Of a stretch of 64,000 bases of DNA, positions 24,760 through 37,752 are shown piece after piece. Origin of the DNA: Eledone cirrhosa (lineage: Eukaryota); contig OZ024741.1 of NCBI GenBank assembly GCA_964016885.1, positions 365,800,001-365,864,000 of the forward strand, read 5' to 3'. The position numbers were made by a program, and so were the translations under genes. The notes beneath the pieces were generated by a model, which did no database searches, was not told where the DNA came from, and saw only the letters and a program-made list of their open reading frames with translations. Every line of letters begins with the position of its first letter. Position 1 is the first letter of the stretch.

Positions 24760-25046
24760 AAACACATATTGTTATACTTGGGGAGGGTCATTATTGTGTA
24801 ATAATATTGCCAGAATTAATAAGAGAACACACTCACTGTTTGGTTGGTTTTCGCTTCTGTGTCTTTTATGTCGGTTAATTTAATTTATTCGGTCCTCAAT
24901 GTTACCATTGACTGACCAACGGTCAAAAATACAGATAGACGCAAACATGTATATAGTCTAACAAAGTTCTTTCGTTTCACATCTGCAACATCGTCAGTGG
25001 TGCTAATATGTTTCCTCCTGTTGTATGCCATCTTTATTTAGTTTGT

Positions 25047-25081
<35 letters not shown>

Positions 25082-26405
25082 TTGTTGCCTTCTTCTCTGC
25101 GCATGCGTTTGCGTGTGTGTATTGCGTTTGGGTGAGTGTGTATTGGTTATTGTATTCTATCTTAGTTTACTAGTGTGTGTTTATATGTGTTTGTTGTTAT
25201 TGTGCTTGTGTATGTATTTATTTATTTATTTTTTTATTTATACTTCTCTTGGTTCAGTATTCTTTCTTTGGGTGTTGTTGTTATTCCATTCATTTTTTTC
25301 TGTTTAGCATTGGACTTCTAAGTTCTATTTCGCTGGCCTCTCTGATTTGCCTATCTGCTGTGTCATTTCTATGTTTACATATTATTTTAATTTCTATGTT
25401 GTCTATGTTACCGTCGTGTTGTTGTCTGGCATGTTCGTATAGTACTGAACCGTTTTTTCGTCCTTTTAGTTCCCCCCAGTGTTGGTCTATCCTTTCGCCT
25501 ATGCTACGAGCTGTCTCGCCTATGTATGTTGTTTTCATGTTTCCGCAAGTACCCTCTGTACATCTTATGCTATAGACTACGTTTCTAATCTTACAGTTTA
25601 TCCGGGAGTTTACTTTACATATAATACATTTCCTATTAGTATTAGTACAGTGGGTTTTCTTAAAAGGGGAGGTTTTGCTGATCAGGGATTTTATGGTGGT
25701 TCCAGGCTTTTCTACCTCCTTAATCTTTAAGTGGATCTTTCTCAGGGCCTTTCTACACTGGTTAGCTAATTCCCTCCAGGGGTATCGTCCACAAACATGA
25801 CAATCTGGTATCTCTGGTTATAGTACCATGAAGTGGCTTTCCCTATCTTATGTCTAGTCCTATCTAAGCTATTTCATGATTTGCTCCTGTATAATGGGCA
25901 AATTCCTTTCATATCCAGTACTATGAGGGTCTTATACTTCTCCGTGGCTCCTTCGTATACTCTGATTCTGTCTCTTTGGTTGTAGCCAGAGAACTGCATG
26001 CGGTTGATGAAGTGTTGGATGTGTCTTTCCATTTCTGTTTGGTCGCACATGCGGGACACGTTCTTCATCACTCGTACCAAGTCTGCGATCAGAATATTAA
26101 ACTTAGCACTACTGGACATTGCTGAGTTTTTTAGTATCAGGTATTTGGAGGCCATGGGTTTAGCGTAGTGTGAGTGGAGAATTTGGGTTCTCTCGTCTCT
26201 AGTGTTAGTCCAGAGTTACGTGTCTAATACAGGTAGTCTATTGTTAGGGTGTTTGGGAGGGTAGTCGATAGTTACAGACCGGATAAATTAAATTAACCGA
26301 CATAAAAGACACAGAAGCGAAAGCCAACCAAACAGTGAGAGTGTTCTGTTATTAATTCTGGCAATATTATTACACAAATATGACCCTCCCCAAGAATAAC
26401 AATAT
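24760..26405 (-). mobile_element. Penelope-like element, family 2: RT thumb, GIY-YIG, 3' pseudo-LTR and an inverted pLTR piece at the 5' truncation
   Basis: HYAKPMASKYLI...RMQFSGY (25874..26155) and YIGETARSIGERIDQH...RQIREA...PMLN (25290..25538); 26282-26405 is the reverse complement of 24770-24890. Confidence 0.85.
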
Positions 26406-26467
26406 ATATATATATATATACACGTATACATATATATATATATATATGTGTGCGTGTGCGTGTGCGT

Positions 26468-26499
<32 letters not shown>

Positions 26500-26668
26500 A
26501 TCTTAGATATATACATGTACATATATTGATACATATGTGCATATGCATGGACGTGTGCGTGTGTTCTTGCAAATTGGTACGTATATTTTCACATACATAT
26601 ATTAATTTTCTACATGCCTATACGTATTTTATATATATATATATATATAAAATACGTATAGGCATGTA

Positions 26669-26717
<49 letters not shown>

Positions 26718-26750
26718 AAATATATATGTATATATATAAATATATACATA

Positions 26751-26822
<72 letters not shown>

Positions 26823-26869
26823 GTTTGAAGTTAGAAGGCCAGAACAATGTTTCAAGTAAACTACCATTT

Positions 26870-26982
<113 letters not shown>

Positions 26983-27038
26983 AAATTGTAAAAGTGAAGA
27001 ATAACATGGTCAACAGTACAAAAAATGGGAATTTATTT

Positions 27039-27150
27039 ACAGTCTAACAATTGTTTCTCTGATTGAGTTGTCTAAAAATTGCTGAACACTAGAAGCAGTG
27101 CCACTCAATTTTAGATACGATGCTAGCTCCATCATGTCATCAGAAACTGT
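27039..27150 (-). ncRNA. Type-I hammerhead motif (left arm)
   Basis: acagttt CTGATGA ... GAAA caattg TT agactgt on the minus strand. Confidence 0.6.
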
Positions 27151-28256
27151 TATAAAAAATATATAACCGGCAAATCTACAAATTCAAATTACAGCATCAA
27201 TAATAATATTAGTAATAAAGATAGAGAGAGAACAAAAGAAAGAAAGGGACATAGATAAAGGAAAGAAAGAAAGAAAAAGGAAAAAGGAAAAGAAGAAAAA
27301 GAAAAAGAAAAAGAAAAAGAAAAAGAAAAAGAAAAAGAAAAAGAAAAAGAAAAAGGAAAAGAAAAATGAGAAATGAAAACAGCGAAAGGAGAGAAAGAGG
27401 AGAGAAAAGGATAGAGGAGAAATTACTTAAGAGAAAAAAAAGAAAAATAGATGGAAAATAATGATATCAACCATAAATGAATAAATGTTAATACATGAAT
27501 AAATGTTAATAAATAAATGAATAAATAAACAAATTATATAGAGTATGATACAAAATGATACAAAATATGAAATATGAAAATATGAAAATAAATGAGTAAA
27601 AATGCGCGAAGAAATTTAAACATAAGATTATTGAATGTGGTTAAAATATAGAGATGCGAATGTATAAATATGATAATGTTAAATATATTTAAGTGTGTAT
27701 TGGTTATTTTAATAAATTAATTATATAATTAATTAATTAGTTGATTAATTAGTTGTATGTTATATTAGAAGTGAAAATGAAATGATAAGATAAAATACTC
27801 GGGATGAAATAAATTTAGGGAGAGAAATAGAGATAGAAAGATAGAGATACATAAGATATTAATGTAAATATAAGAGATTTTGATGTTGGTTCATTGATAG
27901 ATAGTGACAATTCTAACAGTAATGATGATGATGTGATATTATAATAGATCTAAGTGGTACAATTTGGATTATGGAATAGATAAGATGAATTAAGCTGGTC
28001 TAAAGTTCTCAAATTTCGTCGCCGTTTTATGCCTACAGTAAATAGTTCTTTCAATTTTACTGTTAAGTAGTATTTTGTTGTACTTTAAAATTTGGAAAAG
28101 TTCCATATTACAAAGACCACAGTGGGACATTTAATTAATTATTTAATTAATATATAATTAATTTATTAAAGTGGGACATTTAATTAATTATATAATTAAT
28201 TTATTAAAATAACCAATACACACATAAATATATTTAACATTATCATATTTATACCT

Positions 28257-28450
28257 AGGGCGATGGATTGGCAGTATCGGTAGAGGGTCGGGTGCCATGC
28301 TTTGAAGCATAGAGTTACCTCCCTTTATGATCTGAGTTTAAATCCCGCCGAGGTTAACTTTGCCTTTCATCCTTACGGGGTCGATAAAATAAAGAACCAG
28401 TAATGCACTGGGATAATTGCTGGCCTGGTGCCAAAAGTAGAAACAATTAT
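28257..28450 (+). mobile_element. tRNA-derived SINE with 18-bp target-site duplication
   Basis: SINE consensus; attatcatatttatacct on both sides; empty site in the opposite arm at ~27655-27680. Confidence 0.92.
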
Positions 28451-28987
28451 CATATTTATACCTTCGCATCTCTCTATATTTTAACCACTTTTAATAATCT
28501 TAATATGTTTAAATTTCTTCGCACATTTTTACTCATTTATTTTCATATTTTCATATTTTCATATTTCATATTTTGTATCATTTTGTATCATACTCGATAT
28601 AATTTATTTATTTATTCATTTATTTATTTACATTTATTCATGTAGTAACATTTATTCATGTATTAACATTTATTCATTTATTGTTGATATCATTATTTTC
28701 CATCTATTTTTCTTTTTCTTTTCTCTTACGTCATTTCTTCTCCATCCTTTCTGTCCCTTTTCTATCCTCCTTTCTCTACATCTTTTTTCTCTCTATATCT
28801 TTCTCTGTTTTCATTTCTCCTTTTTTATTTATTTATTTTTTCCTTTTTATTTATTTATTTATTTATTTATTTATTTCCTTTATCTAACTATCTTTCTTTC
28901 TTTTGTTCTCTCTCTATCTTTATTACTAATATTATTATTGATGGTGTAATGTGAATTTGTAGATTTGCCGGTTATATATTTTTTATA

Positions 28988-29099
28988 ACAGTTTCTGATG
29001 ACATGATTGTGCTAGCATCGTATTTAAAATTGAGTAGCACTGCTTCTAGTGTTCAGCAATTTTTAGACAACTCAATCAGAGAAACAGTTGTTAGACTGT
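28988..29099 (+). ncRNA. Type-I hammerhead motif (right arm)
   Basis: acagttt CTGATGA catgattg...caatcaga GAAA cagttg TT agactgt; 7-bp stem I, imperfect base of stem II. Confidence 0.6.
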
Positions 29100-29372
29100 A
29101 AATAAATTCCTCTTTTTTTGTACTGTTGACCATGTTATTCTTCACTTTTACAATTTTATTACTCCAAGATAAACTTACATAGAAATACAAGTTAGATCAT
29201 AAACTCGCCATCTACGTAAACCTCTTATTGAGCCAAACAAAGCCGTACGCTAAAACTATCCATAATAAGAAGTATTTACAACCTCTAACTGGATTACCTA
29301 TAACGATATTTTGTTATCCCTTATCCCTTAATATATATGTTTTGTTTGTTCGTCACGTGTTATTTTTGGGAG

Positions 29373-29470
<98 letters not shown>

Positions 29471-30947
29471 TATGGAAAACGAAATGATCTATATATGTAT
29501 GTATATATATACACATACATATATATACATATATTCATATATGAATAGATTTAACTATTCATTAACATGTGTGTATGTGTATGCGTCAATTTATGCATTT
29601 ATCTACTATCAATGAAAAAAAATTGAAAAGTATAAAGCAATTTGAGTAACAGTATTGAATGTGTGAGCCGAATATGTAAGAGACACGATAGAGAGCTTTG
29701 TCGACAAAGGATTGGAAAGAAGTTACACTAATACTATTTTTGTCTCGGAGTTAACAATTCAAAGTCTTTTTATCAATGACTATCGATCCGGATTTCAATG
29801 TAACAACAGCTAGCAGGAATGTCGTATAAGCAAATCAAAAGAGAACTCTATGGGATAAACGGAAGAGTGGCAATCATAATGTTTGAAATAAAGGAAGAAA
29901 GATGTATTTACGGGAAGAGACGAAGATGGAGATATTTGAAAGAAGATGCTGAGGGCGGATTGATATGTTGTACAACCTGCCGTCTTTGATTCAATCACTA
30001 ATTTTGGAGCTCGTCCTGCTTGTTATTTTCGAATAGATAGTTAAAGCAAAATGGCATAGAGGGTGGAAAGCAATTTGGATGGATGATAGAGATGTGGATG
30101 AAAAGAGTAATGAGAATATAGGAAAGGAAGGAGGTAGTAAATATTTCTGAGATAATTTCAGCAGAAATTAGCATTTTTCTAGACGTTGATGCATGAGCGA
30201 TGTTTGTTACAACAAGTCAGTAAATTATCTGATACACTTAACATCAAATCAGATACAAACGAAGAGAGGCCATACTTTTTAATTAAAATATGGCAATGAA
30301 TGGGTGAAAACGGAAACAAAGAAATTAAAAAAATGTTTAAAATTTAGGGATAGAACAAGGAAAACATATAGAGAAATAACTAATGCAAAATAGATGTTTA
30401 ATAAAACGAAATAGTTTTTAACATTGCTTAATGTGTCTATATTAGCTTGCTGCATGAGTAGATAATCCTGATTAAAATCTCTGATAGGGTGAGATTACAG
30501 GTTTCTCATTACTTGCCATTCAAGAAAACAAAATTCAAAATGTCAGCTACGTACAACATACATCTGTATTATCTAACGCTCTATTTAATTCAGATGAAAG
30601 CATATAAAGGCATATTTCAAATTAATGTTCTCGGAGCAAACGCATAATAATAGTGTATCACTGTTGCTGCAGATAGAAAATGTAATTCTGAAGTATGTTA
30701 ATGTGATCTGCAGATTTTATACTTGCGTATTTTTACTTCCATTTATATACACATTTACATTTCCCCAAAACTTCCAGTAACTTTTAGAGAATCAATAATC
30801 TAATCTTAGACAGTGAAATAGCAGAATCGTTAGAACATCAGATTGTATACAATTCAGTGTTTATTCTCTCTATCTGCGATCTAAGTTCAAATCCCTCCAA
30901 GATCAACTCTACTTTTTTTCTTTCGAGTAATGTACTAGAATCTTCCA

Positions 30948-30997
<50 letters not shown>

Positions 30998-31053
30998 CCA
31001 CTCTCAGTCTCTCTCTCCCTCTCTCTGTTCCACTCTCTGTCTCCCACTCTCCC

Positions 31054-31095
<42 letters not shown>

Positions 31096-31132
31096 GTGTC
31101 CCACTCTCAGTCTCTCTCTCCCTCTCTCTGTC

Positions 31133-31174
<42 letters not shown>

Positions 31175-31301
31175 GCCCCACTATCTGTCTCCCACTCTTC
31201 ACCTCTCTCTCTCACTCTCTATGTCCTACTCTAACACCTCTCTCTCTCACTCTATCTCCCTCTCTATGTCCCACTCTCTGTCTCCCACTCTTCCAACTCT
31301 C

Positions 31302-31375
<74 letters not shown>

Positions 31376-31401
31376 CCACTCTTTGTCTCTCACTCTGCCA
31401 C

Positions 31402-31440
<39 letters not shown>

Positions 31441-31466
31441 CCACTCTTTGTCTCTCACTCTGCCAC

Positions 31467-31510
<44 letters not shown>
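30948..31510. repeat. (CT)n-based minisatellite with recurring ctctgtcccactct motif
   Basis: About 560 bp of almost pure pyrimidine on the + strand. Confidence 0.9.
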
Positions 31511-31511
<1 letters not shown>

Positions 31512-31874
31512 GAAAGTTCATCCAAGCGATGATGGGTTCAGTCAGATTTAAATACCCAAGACGGCGATGACATGTATTTCCTGCGATGCTCCCACGACTC
31601 TAAATATCCAAGCAAAGAAGGCATTCTTATAGACCATCAATATTTCGAATAATAAACATTATTTTCATACTTTACACGAAAAAAGATTTGTTTTTACAAT
31701 TTCTTCATTATATGTATTTTTCATACGACGTTGTCACTTTAACTCTAAAAAACCTCTCAGTCTCTCTCAATCACCTTCTCAATATCTATGTGTTTGTGTG
31801 TGCATATACATGCATGATATATGCATATATATCTTTATCTATTTATCTACCTATCTCTCTATCCCTCCCTCTCT

Positions 31875-31929
<55 letters not shown>

Positions 31930-31930
31930 T

Positions 31931-31968
<38 letters not shown>

Positions 31969-32049
31969 TAAACAGGCGTAAGAGACAGGTGTATATATAG
32001 ATATATATATTGTCCCACCCTCTCTCTCCCTCTCTCTCTCTCACTCACT

Positions 32050-32088
<39 letters not shown>

Positions 32089-32914
32089 TCAGCATATTCA
32101 CAAACATATATACATATGTACATATATCAATATACATAATTTATATCCTTGCATAATATTTCGATAGATGGCTATTTACTCTATTCTCTGCCAACACAAG
32201 AAAGAAAGAGTGAAGCTCTAACATTATTTTCGGTATTTAGATAACTTATGTACGTGATATTGTAACATTCACAGCGCTAGTTGAAATTATATTTTACATT
32301 TAACATACTATGGATTTAACGTACATTTAAGACAGGCATATGGATATATAAAAGTATAACGCAGTGGTAGTATTATAGCCAGAGGTTATCCTCAGAGTTC
32401 TCTCTTTCATAGAAATGGTCCTACCTAGAGCATCTTATGTGCTCTTCTATATTACAAACACACATACACCACATATACCACGTATATATATATATATATG
32501 CTGCCAAAAACAGCTCTGGAAATGCTGGGAAGAAGAAGAGGGAAAGTGACACCTTGAGTAAATGATAACAACTTTGACCTATGTGATTTAAGACAAGGCC
32601 TGCAGAGACCAAGTTAATGGTCCAGGAGGCAAGGCAGCAATACATGGCTGCTATTAGTAACGCTAGGTAAATTGAGGGAAGCCGAAGAGAAATGGATAAT
32701 AAACCAATGCAAAAGCATCGAAGCTGATATTTACTAAAAGGCAACAGTATTACTGATTATGAAACTCTCAAAATGATAACCTTTGCCATTGAGGTCTAAA
32801 CAGGCTTGCTACTCAGAGACGTGACCGACATCATCAGAAAATACGCAGCAATAGATAGCCTGAGAGCTCCTAAAATATGTAAAGCCTTATTAATGCACTG
32901 ACAATTACCTACTT

Positions 32915-34070
32915 CTCCGCCTAACCGTTGTGCCCTGCCCCTGACCAACTCTGACAAAAATGGAGCGCCTCCTCTTCCGCTTTTTATGGAAGGGACGTGC
33001 TCCCATGGTCAGACGATCCATCTGCTGTCAACACCCGTTGCGTGGAGGACTGGGCATGTCATGGCTGATGCTGTGCAAACACGGGCTGAGGCTGCGACAT
33101 CTCTGGTGCTTCCTTGACGGTGAAGAATGTAGTCACCGTTTGCCAGACGTGTTTTTCCCAGCTCGTCTCATTAACGGAGCTGCAGTCCTGGATCAGGAAA
33201 AGACTGAGGGGTAGCGCTTAGAAGCTGGAATGTCTCCAAGCGCTCACAGCATTCTACCAGCTGGGCAATAGTATCGGTGGAACATCCACCTCGGCGTTCT
33301 ATAGAGGACTAGTGGAGGGGAAGAGTGACGACATTCTCGGGAACAACCTGGGCGTCGAAGACGACCAGTTGTTCGCTCTCTTCAAGAGAACATTCAGCCC
33401 GGGGTCTATGGACAACTTCCAGAAATCCATGGCCTGGCAGTGCTACCGGGGAGCGTTACCGGTTCGGGATAAGCTCTACAGGCACGGAAGTGCCGTCAGC
33501 CGAACCTGTCCAAGATGCGCACAGGGCGACGAAACCGTCCTGCACGCACTCGTTCAGTGTCCGAGCATTACTGACTTGTGGAGCTATGTCGAACATTTGC
33601 TGTCACCGTGTAGGACGGATCCGGTTATCGACTGAGTCCATTGTGCAGATAGCCCCGCCATCCTCCTTTAAGGAGGAGGAAGGGCAGGCAGTTTTCATCT
33701 GCCTGGTGGCCATGGCGAAAGAGATTGTATGGTGGACAAGGTTGAAAGGATTGAAGACCAACATTTTCCACTTTGGCAAATCCCTGATTAACTTTTTCAA
33801 ATTTCACTTGAAGAGGAAAATCAGGGTGGAGAGGCAAGTGCTGTCTTCTGGTAAGTTTGTTGAAAGGTAGGTGAAAGTGGCGAGTCTAGTCCTAGTGAAC
33901 GGACCCGCTCTGAGTATGCGCCTGTAGACTGAGGAGTGGAAAACTGAGAGAGGGCGCTTGCCCTGGTGGTCAGGGTGGCCATGGTCTTTTGTGTGGTTTT
34001 CGCTATGAGTGACCCTCGGAGGTTTTCCTCTTTTGGGGGACCTTTTGTTGTTTGAATTTTTTTTTATTTC
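32915..34070 (+). mobile_element. 5'-truncated, decayed Tx1 copy (ORF2 C-terminus and part of the 3'UTR)
   Basis: ERLLFRFLWKGRAPMVRRSICCQHPLRGGLGM and CPRCAQGDETVLHALVQC nearly identical to 4335..7754; frameshifts and stops. Confidence 0.92.
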
Positions 34071-34560
34071 TAGCCCTATTTCTCTTCGGAGGAATTCCAT
34101 TTCGTCCGATTGTATTCGCAATCGTATTATTTGGGTTATTGCCCAAGATTCATTACCATAGATAAGTGTTACCACGAATAGCGATTTGAAGATAGCGAGT
34201 TTGGCTTTTACACCTAGCTTCCTTCTTCTGATTACCGAATGCTAAATCTGGCGCATTACTGCAGCAGTTCCTGCAATCCTTGTACTTAATTAAGAATCTG
34301 TCTTCCATCACCCGTGAACATGTCCCCGACACACATGACTTCTCTAATTGCTCCAATGGAACTCTATTCACATGTAGCGTGCACTGCTCAGGCTTCCTTG
34401 AGGGGATGAGTGTCTCCGTTTTTGTAGCACTAATTTTCATTCCAGCCATGCAACACTTGGCATCAAACCTATCGAGTGCACATCGGAGATCACCTGTCGA
34501 GTTAAGTAGTATCATGTATTCTTCAAATTCCAGCCGACTGATTCTACATCTGACTCTCGT
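34071..34560 (-). mobile_element. Decayed RTE-clade LINE fragment (RT C-terminal half)
   Basis: DLRCALDRFDAKC..AGMKIS.TKTE and TLIYGNESW...RIQSDEMEFLRR are RTE (Expander/Rex3-like) motifs. Confidence 0.75.
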
Positions 34561-34939
34561 GATAATATTTCCAACACAAAAGCACATGTCAATCCTGTTC
34601 ATGAAAGTAATGTTCAGGAGATGTGAGTACGTACCCATAGCGGAAACCAAGTTCCACCTTGAATGGCTTTAATTTAGCACCATTTATACGAACACAAATA
34701 TTCGGGCATGATTGCACGTTACATTGCAGCCAGTGATCACGAATATATGCAACCTTTTACATCTCAGAATATAAGTTTGGGGAAACACCGATCATGACAC
34801 GAGTATTTGTTTTCATTTTACAGGGAAATTCTTATTTCTGACATGTTTACATGTCTATATAGTAAACATACGTATAATTGTATACACACTGATGCTGTCT
34901 CGGTTACACACTCTGTTATATGTACATACATACACACAA

Positions 34940-35007
<68 letters not shown>

Positions 35008-35009
35008 CA

Positions 35010-35086
<77 letters not shown>

Positions 35087-35119
35087 TATGCATGCATACA
35101 TACATGCATACATACATAC

Positions 35120-35510
35120 TGTGATTATGGGGCACTGGGGTATGTTAGTAACTGCTTCAATACAAATCTTGAGAAGCTAGGCTTCTCAGAAACAGAAGGA
35201 ACAGGACTAGTTAGGGAATTACAAGTACAATCCATTAATGGAACAGTAAAAATGTGCAAAACATTCCATAAAGTCTGTATCTAATAACTGCACTTGTACA
35301 GATACAAAGCATATGCACACATACAACTCAAAACATACACATCCACACAAACATTAACATCATACTTGCGCACATGCATGCATGCAGACATGCAGACATA
35401 TCTACCTAGTTGATGTTGTGTAAATTCTAATTAAAGAATCTTGTATCTATGTTAGAAACCGACTCTCTTTCCATTGGTAAAAATTTATAAAATTATAAAA
35501 CCAGAAGTAC
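35120..35510 (+). mobile_element. 3' fragment of a restriction-like-endonuclease non-LTR element
   Basis: VIMGALGYV...LEKLGF...LQVQSINGTVKMCKTF* C-terminal motif, then 3'UTR. Confidence 0.55.
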
Positions 35511-35974
35511 ATATATATAGTACGATTTACCATACTATGAAGATTAAATTTTTCTTCGGGTTACTTAATTATTTATATTGATTTCTTTGTTAGGCAAAAT
35601 GCAAAAGTTTTCATGCGGATAATGTGGAGTTGAGAGATGAAAAAGTAAGTTTTGACGCCACAACACTCGTCGTGGTTGGTAGCATAACAGCGTAAGTAAC
35701 GGAAATTCAGAAATGCAATGTGACAACGGTTTACCTGAAGCCCATTTTTACACAACCAATTCTTGTTATTGATTTATTATACAGAACTTGGAAATAGATA
35801 AGGAAATGAGATTGTTTGGGTTCATAGTATTATATGATGATACTTTTTCGCGAGCATGGGGATATTTTCTCGTTGAGGGTGAATACTAAATAGTTCTAAA
35901 TAAGGAATCAAAATCTGATAGTTGGTTTATTTCACACACTAAGATGTGTACTTCAACTATGTGTGTGTGTGTGT

Positions 35975-36081
<107 letters not shown>

Positions 36082-37327
36082 TTGTGTGTGTGTCGACGAG
36101 CTAGAACCTGCTCATGACATTCACTGTGATTTAGCGTTGGATTCCACAGAAAGTGTAAACCGTACATTGACAGATTCCACCTGACACAAAGTTTGACAAA
36201 GCCAACCCTTTCATTAACATTTTATTGCAACGTGAAATAAAATGTTTTGTTCAAGATTACAGCTCTTCACCTTCACATAAATATAAAACAGGAAATGGAA
36301 TTGTTTATATTTAAAATTTGATTTTTGTGTTAATTTTTATCGCTGATGGAGATCGAAATTGCTTTAAAACTAGTTTTTTGGTTCGTAGTACCCACCAAAA
36401 TGTATAATTCAAATACAAGAAACATACTCTATAATGAGCCTTGTTGTTAACTTTAAAAAATGCAAGGGACATGTGTAATCGTTTGAATTAATTCTATACA
36501 AAACTAGTATTTATTTTATCCTTCATAGAGAAACACACCAGTATAGTCTTTTGTTGCATGTAGTTGAGTGTACATGGCTTCCCTCATATTTCTTTCGTAA
36601 TTCATATTTATTTTAATGAGTTGTGCTTTTATATATTTAGAAATAATAACTTCTGCTATAACATTTCAAAGAATCACCATAGGAATTAAATGCCATGCTG
36701 GTACTGTACAAGTAAGCTAAGCATTTAATGTGTAGCATTATTACAAAATAATATATTACTAAAACAACCTATACATTGTTCATTACCAGTATTTGTGGTT
36801 CATTGTCATACTGGAGAACAAATATAGAAATATAAACGCAGCCGTTGGTGAAAGTCATTTAAAATTCAGGACAAACAATGAAAAGAATATTGATAATCAG
36901 AGTATGCTGTAGCAGCCGATACAATTAGAATTTAATTCAAATGGTGTTTCTGCTTCATATTATGGCTTAATGTAAAGTGAGATTGGGCACAGAGACATAA
37001 TTGTTATTCTTTGTTTATTTTCCATTCACTAATAGTTTAGCTGCCAACTATGAATTCCAGAACAATGCTTTGCTTTCCGCATTTCAGTGATATACATATG
37101 TAAATACGTTCGGGTGTTGTTTTCGGCGTATGACTGTAATTACAACTAATTACTTTTATGCGCAATGTTTCCAATAATCTCATTTACTATTTTTAAGTAT
37201 GTATTAGTTGGAATTTCGAAAATTACCAAAAAAGAAATAACACTAAAACAAAATCATGATGATGATGATGAGGAGGATGATGATGATGATGATGATGACG
37301 ACGACGACGACGACGACAACGACGATG

Positions 37328-37395
<68 letters not shown>

Positions 37396-37396
<1 letters not shown>

Positions 37397-37649
37397 GGAT
37401 TTGGAAATGCCATGAAGTCAAAGTGATCCCGATTGTCATAGGCGCACTGGGGACTATCTCCAAAAGTTTCCAGGGATGGTTAAAGAAAATCGGCCCCTTC
37501 ACGCTTTTTGGAACGCTTCAAAAGGCATGCTTGCTGGGAACAGCAAGAACCCTCCGATACGTCCTGAATATCTGAGGCTGCAGGTAGTGGCTTGATATTC
37601 ATTCCAACGGACTTTCCAGTTAACCAACGTCAATGACTGAGATTCAAGG
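37396..37649 (+). mobile_element. Second 5'-truncated R4/Dong-like fragment in (AAT)n
   Basis: Near-identical to 3773-4040, same 3' end gagattcaagg, (AAT)n on both sides. Confidence 0.8.
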
Positions 37650-37717
37650 AATAATAATAATAATAATAAAAATAATAATAATAATAATTTATTACATAAA
37701 GCAAGATAAATGCAACT

Positions 37718-37752
<35 letters not shown>

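Larger units (their letters stand above)
26983..29320. mobile_element. Fold-back Penelope-like (Naiad-type) remnant: ~750-bp inverted arms around a GIY-YIG C-terminal stub
   Basis: 26983-27730 is the reverse complement of ~28180-29158; 28130..27990(-) reads MSHCGLCNMELFQILKYNKILLNSKIERTIYCRHKTATKFENFRPA*, homologous to the end of 44573..45958. Confidence 0.85.

Noticed and set aside
37165-37575. 136-aa acidic/Asn-rich protein
   Set aside because: Chance fusion of (GAT)n/(AAT)n microsatellite with the Dong-like fragment
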